Below the pieces are notes generated by a model. It saw nothing but the letters and a program-made list of their open reading frames with translations. It made no database searches and was not told where the DNA came from. A program made the translations under genes and the position numbers. From positions 778,363 through 842,362 of the forward strand of contig JAWKKE010000001.1 of the NCBI GenBank assembly GCA_041393415.1: a stretch of DNA of 64,000 nucleotides, read 5' to 3'. Shown one piece after another: positions 28,038 through 38,583 of this stretch. This DNA is from Thermoleophilia bacterium. Its GTDB lineage: Bacteria > Actinomycetota > Thermoleophilia > UBA2241. Numbering within the stretch: position 1 is the stretch's first letter; every line of letters starts with the position of its first letter.

Positions 28038-29291
28038 GTGTCTATCGTCGTCCAGAAGTACGGCGGCACCTCGGTGGCCGATGCTGTTCGCATCGGCAAC
28101 GTCGCCCGTCGCATCGTCGCCACCTACGAGCAGGGCCACAGCGTGTGTGCGGTGGTGTCCGCGCGCGGCGACACTACCGATGAGCTGCTAGCTCTCGCCC
28201 ACGAGATCACGCCGAGCCCGCCGGAGCGAGAGATGGACATGCTCCTCTCGTCGGGCGAGCGCATCAGCTGTGCGCTCCTGGCTATGGCCATCGATCGACT
28301 GGGACGGGAAGCCGTGAGCTTCACCGGCTCGCAGGCCGGCATCGTCACCGACGCTGTCCACACCAAGGCGCGCATCGTCGACATCAACCCGTCACGCCTG
28401 GAAGAGGCTATGGCCAACGGCAAGATCGTTCTCGTGGCTGGTTTCCAGGGCGTGAGCACCGAGCGCAACGTCACGACCCTCGGCCGCGGGGGATCTGACA
28501 CCACGGCAGTGGCGCTGGCGCATGCGCTGCACGCCGATGTGTGCGAGATCTACACTGACGTCGAAGGCGTCTACACAGCCAACCCGAGCCTGGTCGCGAA
28601 GGCCCGCAAGATCAAGCGCATCTCATACGATGAGATGCTCGAGATGGCGGCCGCTGGGGCACAGGTCCTTGCCGTGCGCGCTGTGGAGTACGCCCGCAAG
28701 TACGACATTCCGATCCACGTGCGCTCAAGCTTCTCTGATCACGAAGGCACTTGGGTGAGAGAGGAAGACCCAACCATGGAGAGTCCCATCATCAGGTCCG
28801 TGACGTACACCACCGACGAAGCGCGCATCACCGTGCGCCGTGTGCCCGACCAGCCCGGCGTGGCCGCCGAGGTCTTCGGAGCGCTCGCCGATGCGCACGT
28901 CAACGTCGACATGATCATCCAGAACTCCAGCGAGAGCGGACACACCGATATCTCGTGCACCATCCCGCGCGAGGACAGCGGCGTCGCCGACTTGGCCCTC
29001 CGCGCAGTCGTAGAGAAGCTCGGCGCAAAAGGCTACGTCACCGACAACAACATCGCCAAGATCAGCGTTATCGGCGTGGGGATGCGCACCAACCCCGGCG
29101 TCGCTGCCATGATGTTCAAGACGCTGGCCAACCTCGGCATCAACCTGGACATGATCAGCACCTCTCCGATCAAGATCTCAGCAGTGATCTCCAAGGATCG
29201 CGTCAACGAGGCGATACGTGTTCTGCACGACGTCTTCGATCTCGACGCCACGTGCGTAGAGCACGTCGCCACCGATCGCGGGTCGTTCTAG
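28038..29291 (+). CDS. lysC: aspartate kinase
   Basis: [12 protein letters not shown]-terminus, AAK-family core, and C-terminal tandem ACT domains. GTG start after GGAGGAGA. Confidence 0.9.
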   Translation: MSIVVQKYGGTSVADAVRIGNVARRIVATYEQGHSVCAVVSARGDTTDELLALAHEITPSPPEREMDMLLSSGERISCALLAMAIDRLGREAVSFTGSQAGIVTDAVHTKARIVDINPSRLEEAMANGKIVLVAGFQGVSTERNVTTLGRGGSDTTAVALAHALHADVCEIYTDVEGVYTANPSLVAKARKIKRISYDEMLEMAAAGAQVLAVRAVEYARKYDIPIHVRSSFSDHEGTWVREEDPTMESPIIRSVTYTTDEARITVRRVPDQPGVAAEVFGALADAHVNVDMIIQNSSESGHTDISCTIPREDSGVADLALRAVVEKLGAKGYVTDNNIAKISVIGVGMRTNPGVAAMMFKTLANLGINLDMISTSPIKISAVISKDRVNEAIRVLHDVFDLDATCVEHVATDRGSF

Positions 29292-29293
29292 CG

Positions 29294-30340
29294 ATGGCCC
29301 GCGAGTACTGCGTCGCCATCGTCGGCGCAACCGGCGTCGTGGGCGGTACCGTGCGCGCGATTCTCGAGGAGCGCGGCTTTCCCGTTGGTGAGTTGCGGCT
29401 CCTCGCCAGCGCGCGCTCGGCAGGCCGACGACTAGACTTCGCCGGCGTGAAGCACGAAGTCCAAGAGCTCGGCACTGGCTCTTTTGCCGGTGTAGACCTG
29501 GCCTTCTTCGCGGCCGGCGGCGACATCAGTCGCGAGTACGTCCATACAGCGGTCGCCGCCGGCGCGACGGTAATCGATAAGTCCAGCGTATTTCGCCAGC
29601 ATCCCCTGGTGCCGCTCGTCGTGCCGGAGGTGAATGCAGACCATCTCGCCGCTCACCGCGGCGTCATCGCCACTCCCAACTGCTCCACCATTCAAATGGT
29701 TGTAGCACTACGCCCGCTGCACGACGCGGCTCGAATTCAGCGCATCGTCGTCAGTACGTACCAAGCCGTGTCCGGAAGCGGACACCGGGGAGTCGCCGAC
29801 CTCGAAACGCAGGTACGCGAATGGGCAGCAGGCGACGAAGTGCACCAGAGCTTCTATCCGCACCAAATCGCCTTCAACGTGCTACCCCACATCGATAGCT
29901 TCCTGCCCTCCGGCGCCACCAAAGAAGAGCAGAAGATGGTCGACGAGACCGTCAAGATCTTCGCGGACCCGGAGATCAGGGTGACAGCGACCTGCGTGCG
30001 CGTGCCCGTCTACGGCGCTCACAGCGAGGCGGTCAACATCCAAACGGAGCGTAAGCTCGACGCCGAAAGTGCACGTCGTCTCCTCGCCGCGGCTCCAGGC
30101 GTGGAAGTCATCGACGATCCGAGCAACCTCGTGTACCCCATGCCGCTCTCAGCCGAGGGTCACGACCCTGTGTACGTCGGTCGCATTCGCGAGGACGCGA
30201 CGATCGCCAACGGTCTCGATCTCTGGATCGTCGCCGACAATCTCCGCAAGGGAGCCGCCCTCAACGCGGTGCAAATCGCCGAGGAACTCGACGCTCGCGA
30301 TCTCATCGAGTCCGGCCCGGGTATACTGGAGCGGCAATGA
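29294..30340 (+). CDS. asd: aspartate-semialdehyde dehydrogenase
   Basis: VAIVGATGVVG Rossmann N-terminus, active-site region IATPNCSTI; immediately follows the aspartate kinase gene. Confidence 0.9.
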   Translation: MAREYCVAIVGATGVVGGTVRAILEERGFPVGELRLLASARSAGRRLDFAGVKHEVQELGTGSFAGVDLAFFAAGGDISREYVHTAVAAGATVIDKSSVFRQHPLVPLVVPEVNADHLAAHRGVIATPNCSTIQMVVALRPLHDAARIQRIVVSTYQAVSGSGHRGVADLETQVREWAAGDEVHQSFYPHQIAFNVLPHIDSFLPSGATKEEQKMVDETVKIFADPEIRVTATCVRVPVYGAHSEAVNIQTERKLDAESARRLLAAAPGVEVIDDPSNLVYPMPLSAEGHDPVYVGRIREDATIANGLDLWIVADNLRKGAALNAVQIAEELDARDLIESGPGILERQ

Positions 30341-31335
30341 GCGACAGCGCAACCAAGAGCCCCGGTCCAAACGACATCCGCGAGGTTGTCATCGTAGGTT
30401 CCGGACCCGCTGGGCTTGCCGCCGGTATCTACTGCGCGAGAGCCCGTCTCGACACCGTCATGCTCGATCGCGCCATGGCTGGAGGAGTCATCGCGGTCAC
30501 CGAACTCGTCGAGAACTTCCCCGGCTTCCCCGGAGGAGTATCCGGCTTTGAGCTCGCAGATCGGCTGAAGCGTCAAGCTGTTCAATTCGGCGTTGAACTG
30601 CGCGAGATCGACGCGGTCACCGGCATCCAGACCGAAGACGACGGCACGTACACCGTCATCAGCGACGAAGGTCGCTTGCGTACGAGAGCGGTGATCCTCG
30701 CACCGGGACGCGAAGCACGGCGAAGCGGCATTCCAGGCGAAGAAGAGTTCATCGGCCGTGGAGTGAGCTGGTGTGCCACCTGCGACGGGGCGCTCTACCG
30801 CGGACGCACCGTCGCCGTTGTTGGCGGCGGCGACTCCGCTGTTGAAGAAGGCATGTTCCTCACCAAGTTTGCCGACCGGGTGTACCTTGTTCATCGCCGC
30901 GACGAACTTCGAGCCGCTGAAGTCGCGCAGGAGCGCGCCTTCTGCAATCCCAAGTTCGAGTTCGTCTGGGACTCCGTGCCCACTGCCATTCTCGGCGACA
31001 GTGTCGTACGCTCACTCGAAGTTGAGAACGTCAAGACAGGTCATCCGCGCAGCTTGCCGGTTGACGGCGTCTTCTTCTACATCGGCAACATCCCAAACAC
31101 GGGCTTCCTCGGGGAGTTCGTCCAGCTCGACGACAACGGTTACATTGTGACGAACGAGCTGCTGCAGACACGCTTGCCGGGTGTCTATGCCTGTGGCGAC
31201 GCACGGGCAAACGCCCTCAAGCAGATCGCCACAGCAGTAGGGGAGGGAGCCCTCGCCGCTATGCAGGCCGAGCGCTACCTCTCAGACCTGGCCTGTCAGC
31301 TGCCAACAGAAGACGGCGCCCCCGCGGGCGAGTAA
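30337..31335 (+). CDS. trxB: thioredoxin-disulfide reductase
   Basis: VIVGSGPAG FAD motif, redox-active CATC (WCATCDG), and GGGDSA NADPH motif. Confidence 0.85.
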   Translation: MSDSATKSPGPNDIREVVIVGSGPAGLAAGIYCARARLDTVMLDRAMAGGVIAVTELVENFPGFPGGVSGFELADRLKRQAVQFGVELREIDAVTGIQTEDDGTYTVISDEGRLRTRAVILAPGREARRSGIPGEEEFIGRGVSWCATCDGALYRGRTVAVVGGGDSAVEEGMFLTKFADRVYLVHRRDELRAAEVAQERAFCNPKFEFVWDSVPTAILGDSVVRSLEVENVKTGHPRSLPVDGVFFYIGNIPNTGFLGEFVQLDDNGYIVTNELLQTRLPGVYACGDARANALKQIATAVGEGALAAMQAERYLSDLACQLPTEDGAPAGE

Positions 31336-31358
31336 CCGCCGCGCCAGAAGGAGAACCC

Positions 31359-31673
31359 GTGGACGCTGTCTCGCAGGATAGTTTCGAATCCGAAGTCATC
31401 TCGACCCCAGGCAAGGTGCTCGTTGATTTCTGGGCCGAGTGGTGTGGACCGTGTCGCATGATCAGCCCCGTCCTCGAAGAGATGTCCGGCGACTACGAGA
31501 ACGTCAAGTTCGTCAAGATCAACGTGGACGAAGCTCCAGCTGTAGCACAGCAGTTCGGCGTCATGAACATCCCCACCATCCTCGCCTTCGAGAACGGCGA
31601 GGTGAAACAACGCGTGGTGGGAGCCATGGCGAAAGCCAAACTGATCGACGAGCTCAGCTCTTTCTTGGCCTAG
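31359..31673 (+). CDS. trxA: thioredoxin
   Basis: WCGPC active site in VDFWAEWCGPCRMISP. GTG start after AAGGAGAA. Confidence 0.85.
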   Translation: MDAVSQDSFESEVISTPGKVLVDFWAEWCGPCRMISPVLEEMSGDYENVKFVKINVDEAPAVAQQFGVMNIPTILAFENGEVKQRVVGAMAKAKLIDELSSFLA

Positions 31674-31683
31674 GAGTCGGAGC

Positions 31684-32463
31684 CTACGCGCATTCGAAGC
31701 GTAGACCGAGAATATCGTAGCTGAATGAGATCGCGTCGTCGGTGAAGGCGACGTCCATTGCGATCTGAGCCGCAACCGGCAGCGCGCGAAACCGCTTGTT
31801 CACGGATGCCGCACGCTCACTAGTTGCTCCGGCGGTCTGCAGCCAGAAGGAAAGGTCCACGGTGCTGCGAGCGACCATCGAACGCGACGCATGCAGGCCG
31901 GCATCAGCAGCCAGGCTCTCCAGTTCTGCCTGTCTGAAGTAACGGCGATGGGCCGGCTGACGAAGCCGAGCGATGTCGTTGAAGACCGCGTCCAGACTCT
32001 CGTCGACAACTGGTTCCACAATCACGAGGCGGCCGCCCGCGGCGACGACACGGCGTAACTCCTTCAGGGCCGCGACCGGATCGTGGGACTGGCTGAGCGA
32101 TTCGCATGCGATCGCCAAGGTGAACGCTTTCGCTTCATACGGCAGCGCAAACAGGTCAACCTGCCGGAAGGAGATCGTCTCCACACCAAGCGCTTTGGCA
32201 AGACGACGCCCTTCTTCCAGTATGTCTGCCATGTCGGCAACAGCGTCAAGCGCCTTGACCATCGGCGCCACCGTGAGCGCAGCAACGCTCGGCGCAACAG
32301 AGTAGTCCATGACGACGTCGGCGGCCGTCGGTTCCGCCAGCGAGATCAGCAGTTCAACCGTTTCGTCGCGTGCGTTCTCAACTTCGCTCGTGAACTCACG
32401 AGCGAGAAATCCGCCACTGGTTGCCGCTCTGCTGCGTCGCACCCACACTCCTTCGGCTGCCAC
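31684..32463 (-). CDS. putative class I SAM-dependent methyltransferase (divergent)
   Basis: GRLVIVEP post-motif II region typical of Methyltransf_11/25; motif I is atypical. Weak call. Confidence 0.4.
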   Translation of the reverse strand: MAAEGVWVRRSRAATSGGFLAREFTSEVENARDETVELLISLAEPTAADVVMDYSVAPSVAALTVAPMVKALDAVADMADILEEGRRLAKALGVETISFRQVDLFALPYEAKAFTLAIACESLSQSHDPVAALKELRRVVAAGGRLVIVEPVVDESLDAVFNDIARLRQPAHRRYFRQAELESLAADAGLHASRSMVARSTVDLSFWLQTAGATSERAASVNKRFRALPVAAQIAMDVAFTDDAISFSYDILGLRFECA

Positions 32464-32548
32464 CCTCTTCAGGCTCCCAAAGATCTTACCTGCTACGTCG
32501 GCACTCCGGACGGGAACTGTAGTTCAGTTCCGCAGCCAACAACCAGAC

Positions 32549-33898
32549 TCAGAGTCGACCGGCGGCGCGCAGCAGTTCATCTAGACCTACGGGTTCGAGG
32601 CCCTTGGCGCGGAGTCCTTCTACCATCGCGGGTATTGCCTTCTGCGTGTTCCATTGAGTATGCATCAGTATGATGCTGCCCGGACCGGCGTGTTCAACCG
32701 CGGCCCGCGCCACCTCCTCCGAGGAGATCCCGGTCCAGTCCTCAGTATCGACATCCCATCCCACAACGAATGCATATCCCGCGTCGCCCGCCGCCTTCAT
32801 TGTCGTCTCGTTGTAGGCGCCGTACGGCGGTCGGAAGAACGGTTGAGGTACGGCGCCGCACGCTTCGAGCCAGGAGGCCGTGTTCTTGTCAAGCTGACGA
32901 CGAGCTTCATCGTAGCTGATGGTTCGGAAGTCTGGATGATCGTACGAGTGGTTCCCGAGCGTCATGCCCAGCGCGACCGCCTCTTGAGCAACCTCCGGGT
33001 AGCGGTCGACACTCACACCCGTGCAGAAGAACGTACCCTTCGCTCCCCGCTTCGCCAGAGCTTGCATGATGTGTCGCCACGCGTAGCCGGAGCCCCCGTC
33101 GAACGTCAGGGCCACGAGATTGCCTGCTTCGGGCACACTATTGATGAGCTCGGCCTTGACCGGTGCGTCACACACCAACGATGCCGTGCCCGTGGTTTCG
33201 TTTCCGGCGGCGTCCCGAGCAACAACGTCGAGGCGATAGGTGCCCGGAGACAGAGCCGCGCCGTCATCGGTTGCAGCACGCCACTCGACTGTCTCATCAC
33301 CATCAGGTGCGTGTGTGTCACCCTGTTCGCCCACAACCGTGCCAAGCGTGTCGACAACTGCCCACTTCACCTCTGCATCCGCCTCAGGGGGAACCGCAAA
33401 TGACAACGTAACTACTTGGGCGCCTTCGATCCGTGCTGGCGAAACCGCAACATCGCGCACCTCCGGCGGCGCAGTGTCGATGCGCACCTCACAAGAAACA
33501 GACGTCTCGTCCGAACTCGACCTGACCTCAACCGTGTGCACTCCATCGTTACTGTGGTCCAGGGGGGCGGCTATCCGTGCCGACTTGCCGCGAGTCCAGA
33601 CACCGCCATCAACACGCCACTCGGCGACTGCCGAGACACCCGAGGCATCTTTGAATCGGAGAGTGACCGGCCTGTTGTGCCAATCGTCGTCAACACCGAC
33701 GATGCGCAGACTACCGGCCGTGATCTCGCGCTCCGTGTGCAGCGTTCGCGCCCACAGCGATCCCCAACCGAGCGCCCACACAATGGCTCCCACGGCGCAT
33801 AGAGAGATTGCGACGACCAAGATCCCGACGGTCACGCGCCGCCGCCTACGCCGGCGTGCCACACGATAGTTGGTTCGCACGGCGGGTGGCTCGCTCAT
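32549..33898 (-). CDS. membrane-anchored polysaccharide deacetylase (NodB homology domain) with Ig-like repeats
   Basis: N-terminal Arg-rich region plus TM helix, central repeated beta-rich segments, and a C-terminal NodB core (TFDGGSGY...GNHSYDHPDF...RPPYGAYN). Confidence 0.7.
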   Translation of the reverse strand: MSEPPAVRTNYRVARRRRRRRVTVGILVVAISLCAVGAIVWALGWGSLWARTLHTEREITAGSLRIVGVDDDWHNRPVTLRFKDASGVSAVAEWRVDGGVWTRGKSARIAAPLDHSNDGVHTVEVRSSSDETSVSCEVRIDTAPPEVRDVAVSPARIEGAQVVTLSFAVPPEADAEVKWAVVDTLGTVVGEQGDTHAPDGDETVEWRAATDDGAALSPGTYRLDVVARDAAGNETTGTASLVCDAPVKAELINSVPEAGNLVALTFDGGSGYAWRHIMQALAKRGAKGTFFCTGVSVDRYPEVAQEAVALGMTLGNHSYDHPDFRTISYDEARRQLDKNTASWLEACGAVPQPFFRPPYGAYNETTMKAAGDAGYAFVVGWDVDTEDWTGISSEEVARAAVEHAGPGSIILMHTQWNTQKAIPAMVEGLRAKGLEPVGLDELLRAAGRL

Positions 33899-33963
33899 AC
33901 GCGCCTACGCCACCGTGGCGGCAGCGCCCTCGGAAGATGTATGCCGCGCCGGCGCCAAAGCGG

Positions 33964-36900
33964 CTACTTGCGTGTTGAATCGAAGACGGTTCCGCTCGCC
34001 GTGAGCCCGATCTCGATGTCGACTCCCTCGATGCGAGCCCTCTCGCAGTGTGTGCCGTCCGCGCATCCGGTAGACAGTCGCGTTGCGAGAATCTCGGCCG
34101 CGATCGTCTCGGCGTGGCGCTCGATGAGCCCGACGAGCTCGTCGGGAACCGCGAGCGCCACGATGACCGTCTCTTCGATTCGTAGATCAGCGTTCTTTCG
34201 CGCGAGCTGGATGGCATGCACGATCTCGCGCGCAATCCCCTCCTCGCGAAGCGATTCGTCGATCGCGATATTCAAGGCGACGGTACGGCCACCTTCGGTT
34301 TCCACGCGATACCCCTCAGCGGACCCGGTTTCGATGAGCAGATCGTCGGGGGCAAGCTCGATCGCGCCGTCGGGCATGGCGATCGAGACGCTGCCGCTAT
34401 TGCGCAGTTCCGCGACAAGGATCGCCGCGTTCCCTGCGCGTAGCGTAGCTTGGAGAGCACCGAGCTGACGCCCCAACCTCGGGCCAAGAACCTTGAGATT
34501 CGGCTTGACGGTATACGTCACGAGCTCACCCTCATCTGCGACGAGGCGCAACGCTTTCACGTTGAGCTCATCGAGTACAACATCACGCAGAGCTTCGACG
34601 GCGAACCGCTCGTCATCCGGCAACGCGACAACGACCTCAGACAGCGGCTGACGCGTCTTGACGGCAGCGCCATTGCGCGCCGCCCGGCCCAACTCGACAA
34701 CGCGCCTGGCAATTGCCATGGCACGCGAGAGCTCATCGTCGGCGGCATCAGGGCTGACCTCTGGCCACGAGCAGAGATGCACGCTTTCGGGCGCCTGCGA
34801 ATCGACAGATCGAACAAGGTTCTGGTAGAGCTCCTCCGCGACGAACGGCGCATAGGGCGCCATGAGCTTGGCCACCGTCACTAGCGCTTCGTACAGAGTG
34901 TGGTAGGCGGCAAGCTTGTCGGCGTCGCTCTCGCTCTTCCAGAATCGCCGCCGGCTGCGTCGCACGTACCAGTTGCTCAAGTCGTCCACGAACTGCTGGA
35001 TTGCGCGCGATGTGCTCGTGGCGTCGTAGTCCTCCAGCCCCTCCGTGACGACACCGACCACTCGGTTGAGCTCGCCGAGCAACCAGCGATCGAGTAGCGG
35101 ACGCTCGGCCAACGGGACCGTCCGTTGTGTCGGATCGAATCCGTCGATGTTGGCGTAGACCGTGAAGAAGCTGTACGTATTCCACAGCGTGAGAAGGAAC
35201 TTCCGCACAACCTCGTCAACCATCTCGGCACTGAATCGACGCGGGCTCCAAGGGTTCTGCGTCGCAAACAGGAACCAGCGCAGTGCGTCGGCTCCCTGCT
35301 TGTCGAGGATCTCCTCGGGTTGGATGACGTTGCCCCTGCTCTTACTCATCTTCTGTCCGTCGGCATCGAGGATGTGCCCCAGACACAGAACGCGCTTGTA
35401 GGAGCTCTCGCCTTCGACCAAAGTCGAGACAGCGAGGAGGCTGTAGAACCAGCCGCGAGTTTGATCGATGGCCTCGGCGATGAAGTCGGCGGGAAAACGC
35501 TGGGAGAAATCGTCGGCATGCTCAAAGGGGTAGTGCCACTGAGCGAACGGCATGGATCCGGAATCGAACCATGCATCGATGACTTCATCGACCCGGTGCA
35601 TGTCGGAGCCGCATTCGGGGCAACGGATCACGACTTCGTCGACGTACGGGCGATGGAGCTCGAGATCGTCCGCCACCTCGCTGATCGCCATCTTCTTCAA
35701 TTCGTCCACGCCGCCGATGCAGTGCGCGTGTCCCTCAGAGCAGCGCCAGATGGGCAGAGGGGTTCCCCAGTAGCGGTCGCGACTCAGCGCCCAGTCCACG
35801 TTGTTGGCGAGCCACTCACCGAAGCGACCCGTCTTGATGTGTTCTGGATACCAAATGACATCGTCGTTGGCTCGCAGCAGTTGGTCCTTGACCGCCGTTG
35901 TGCGCACATACCACGTTGCCTTCGCGTAGTAGAGCAGCGGAGTATCGCAGCGCCAACAGAACGGGTAGCTATGCTCAAAGGGCTCAACGCCCAGGAGCAG
36001 ACCCCGCTCCTTGAGCTCAGCGATGATATGCGGGTCCGCATCCTTGACGAAGATCCCAACCCAAGGTGCAACCTCCGGGATGAACCTGCCCTCCGTATCG
36101 ACGGCGTTGATCACCGGCAGGTCGTTCTGCCTTCCCACACGCATGTCGTCCTCGCCGAACGCAGGAGCAATGTGCACAATCCCCGTACCTTCGGTCGTCG
36201 TCACGTAATCGCCCGCAACGACGAAGTGAGCCCGCTTCTCGGGCGCCAAGAAGTGATACGGAGCGTCGTACTCGAGCCCGAGCAAGTCACGCCCAGTCAA
36301 CTCACGTTCGACGGTGACCTCGCTGCCGAGGACCTTCTCACAGAGATCGCGGGCAAGCACGAAGTACTCGCCGCGACTGGCGACAAGCACGTAGTCGACG
36401 TCAGGGTGAACAGCGGCGGCCGTGTTGCTGACGAGTGTCCACGGCGTCGTCGTCCAGACCGCCAGTGAAACCGAAGAACCGTCTGTGACGCCCAGCGCAA
36501 CCGCAGACGCAGTTGTGAGCGGAAGCCGCACGTAAACCGAGTTCTCGGTGACGTCATGGTAGCCCTGCGCCACCTCATGACTGCTGATTGCGGTGCCACA
36601 ACGCGGACAATACGGAACCACCTTGTGGCCCTGGTAGAGAAGCCCCTTGTCCCAGATCTTCCGAAGGATCCACCAGACGGTTTCGATGTAGTCGTTGGTG
36701 TAGGTGTAGTAGGCGTCGTCGAGGTCAATCCAGAAGCCGATCCGCTCCGTGAACGCATCCCAGTCGGCCAGATAGGCAGTGACGCTCTCTCGGCAAAGAC
36801 GATTGAACTCTGCAATGCCGTATTCCTCGATCTGCTTCTTGCCGTCGATGCCCAGACGACGCTCGACTTCGAGCTCGACGGGCAAGCCGTGGGTATCCCA

Positions 36901-37188
36901 TCCGGCCTTACGCGGAACACGATAGCCGCGCATGGTCTTGTAACGCGGATAGATGTCTTTGAAGATTCGCGAGAGCACGTGATGCGACCCTGGGCGACCA
37001 TTGGCCGTCGGTGGACCTTCGTAGAACAGGAAGGTGGGTGCATCGGCGCGCGATTCGAGGCTCTTCTCGAATATCGCATTCTCCTTCCAGAACGAGAGAA
37101 TGCGCCGGTCGAGCGCCGGAAAGTCGACGCGCGCCGATACCTCACTGAAGCGGGGGCGATAGTCGCTCACCTGACTCACTTTCATCAC
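33964..37188 (-). CDS. ileS: isoleucine--tRNA ligase (type 2, ~1074 aa)
   Basis: KMSKS (KMSKSRGNVI), WALSRDRYWGTPLPIW, IFKDIYPRYKTMRGY, and C-terminal Cys-rich zinc region. The HIGH region reads PGSHH. Confidence 0.9.
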   Translation of the reverse strand: MMKVSQVSDYRPRFSEVSARVDFPALDRRILSFWKENAIFEKSLESRADAPTFLFYEGPPTANGRPGSHHVLSRIFKDIYPRYKTMRGYRVPRKAGWDTHGLPVELEVERRLGIDGKKQIEEYGIAEFNRLCRESVTAYLADWDAFTERIGFWIDLDDAYYTYTNDYIETVWWILRKIWDKGLLYQGHKVVPYCPRCGTAISSHEVAQGYHDVTENSVYVRLPLTTASAVALGVTDGSSVSLAVWTTTPWTLVSNTAAAVHPDVDYVLVASRGEYFVLARDLCEKVLGSEVTVERELTGRDLLGLEYDAPYHFLAPEKRAHFVVAGDYVTTTEGTGIVHIAPAFGEDDMRVGRQNDLPVINAVDTEGRFIPEVAPWVGIFVKDADPHIIAELKERGLLLGVEPFEHSYPFCWRCDTPLLYYAKATWYVRTTAVKDQLLRANDDVIWYPEHIKTGRFGEWLANNVDWALSRDRYWGTPLPIWRCSEGHAHCIGGVDELKKMAISEVADDLELHRPYVDEVVIRCPECGSDMHRVDEVIDAWFDSGSMPFAQWHYPFEHADDFSQRFPADFIAEAIDQTRGWFYSLLAVSTLVEGESSYKRVLCLGHILDADGQKMSKSRGNVIQPEEILDKQGADALRWFLFATQNPWSPRRFSAEMVDEVVRKFLLTLWNTYSFFTVYANIDGFDPTQRTVPLAERPLLDRWLLGELNRVVGVVTEGLEDYDATSTSRAIQQFVDDLSNWYVRRSRRRFWKSESDADKLAAYHTLYEALVTVAKLMAPYAPFVAEELYQNLVRSVDSQAPESVHLCSWPEVSPDAADDELSRAMAIARRVVELGRAARNGAAVKTRQPLSEVVVALPDDERFAVEALRDVVLDELNVKALRLVADEGELVTYTVKPNLKVLGPRLGRQLGALQATLRAGNAAILVAELRNSGSVSIAMPDGAIELAPDDLLIETGSAEGYRVETEGGRTVALNIAIDESLREEGIAREIVHAIQLARKNADLRIEETVIVALAVPDELVGLIERHAETIAAEILATRLSTGCADGTHCERARIEGVDIEIGLTASGTVFDSTRK

Positions 37189-37235
37189 ATGGCCGGAGCC
37201 GCGATTCTACCAGACGCCGCGCTGCGCTAGACTCG

Positions 37236-37979
37236 GTGGATATGGTCACGACACACAACGCATCTCGGCAACTACCCGACGAAGGACGCGTTCTCGCCGT
37301 TCTCGATTTCGACGGTACGATCACAGCGGCAGAGAACCTGGAGATCGTCCTGCAACGGATGGTCGGAGATGCGTGGCGACCGCTTGAGGATGAAGTTCGT
37401 GCCGGTCGCCTTAGTCACGCGGAGTGCTTGCGTCGCCAGATCGGACTCGTTCGAGCGTCGCGCACGGAGTTCCTCGACGCTCTCCTGTCTGTCGCCACGC
37501 AGACGCCCGGTTTCGCCGGCTTTCTCGCCGATCTGCATCAACGGGGAGGGCGCGCCATTGTCGTTAGCGCCGGCTTCAGTGAGGCCATCGGCGCCTTCTG
37601 GCGGCGCGAGCGTTTGCCAGCGATCAGCATCTTCGCCAGCGAAATCGATGAGTGCAGCTCAGATGGGCACAGATCCCTGGCGCTCGCGTTCCACCCCGCC
37701 TTTGGCGACTGTCCGCGCTGCGGGATCCAAGCGTGCAAGGGCGCGATCGTCCACGCCCAGCGTCTACCCGGAGATATCGTTGTAGCCTTCGGCGACGGCG
37801 CCAGCGATCTCTGCCTGGCGCGCGCGGCCGATCTCACCTTCGCGCGCGGCCACCTCTCCGAGCTCTGTCGCGCAGAAGCGCTCCCGTGGCTTCCTCTTAC
37901 CGACTTCACGAGGGCGCAGCACGACCTCGACCAATGGCTGACCGCGCCCCCATCTCGCCGGCCTCAGGAGGCGCCGTGA
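37236..37979 (+). CDS. HAD-superfamily hydrolase (subfamily IB-like)
   Basis: HAD motif I LAVLDFDGTIT; motif III/IV region AFGDGASDLCLAR. Confidence 0.6.
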   Translation: MDMVTTHNASRQLPDEGRVLAVLDFDGTITAAENLEIVLQRMVGDAWRPLEDEVRAGRLSHAECLRRQIGLVRASRTEFLDALLSVATQTPGFAGFLADLHQRGGRAIVVSAGFSEAIGAFWRRERLPAISIFASEIDECSSDGHRSLALAFHPAFGDCPRCGIQACKGAIVHAQRLPGDIVVAFGDGASDLCLARAADLTFARGHLSELCRAEALPWLPLTDFTRAQHDLDQWLTAPPSRRPQEAP

Positions 37980-38545
37980 GAGACACGTCCGCGACGATCC
38001 CGAGCCCTGAGGTTTCTGAGTCGTCGTCTATCACATATCATGGCGGCGCCCGTGCGGCCGCGCCGCCCAGCACTTCTCCATCTGCAACGAGCGCGACCGT
38101 TCCCTGCCCTGAGCCAGGTATCCGTGTGAAGCGACGCCTCAAGCGCGGCGGAAAGCAGTTCGTGAAGTTCGCGATCGTCGGTGGCATCGGCACGGCGGTC
38201 AACCTGGCCGTTCTGAAGATCGCTCTCCTCACTTGGGGTCACGCCTCGACCACCACGCCACTCACGGTTGAGATCGCCGCCAGCGCGCTGGCCTTCATGG
38301 TCGCCGTCATCAACAACTTCCTCTTCAACCGCTGGTGGACATTTCGATCCACTGGTCCCGCGCACGTCGAGTTCGGCAAGTTCCTCACGGTAAGTCTGGC
38401 TGGCCTTGCCCTCAATACCCTCGCATTCTCGCTCTTCCGCGGTCATCTGGCCCTTCCCGTGCTTCTCAGCCAGCTCCTCGCAATCGGATGCGTTCTGCCA
38501 TTCAACTTCCTGGTGAACAAGTTCTGGAGCTTCCGCAGCGCGTGA
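37976..38545 (+). CDS. GtrA-family membrane protein (polysaccharide-synthesis accessory)
   Basis: QFVKFAIVGGIGTAVNLAVL...NNFLFNRWWTF GtrA signature. GTG start overlaps the upstream stop. Confidence 0.6.
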   Translation: MRDTSATIPSPEVSESSSITYHGGARAAAPPSTSPSATSATVPCPEPGIRVKRRLKRGGKQFVKFAIVGGIGTAVNLAVLKIALLTWGHASTTTPLTVEIAASALAFMVAVINNFLFNRWWTFRSTGPAHVEFGKFLTVSLAGLALNTLAFSLFRGHLALPVLLSQLLAIGCVLPFNFLVNKFWSFRSA

Positions 38546-38583
38546 ACCGCGACGCCCCCGACATCCTGTCTCGTCGCGCGAGC

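Noticed and set aside
31359-31673. Possibility that the small trxA-like ORF is spurious because it uses a GTG start
   Set aside because: Kept as real: the canonical WCGPC motif, a good RBS (AAGGAGAA) and its position directly after trxB support it.
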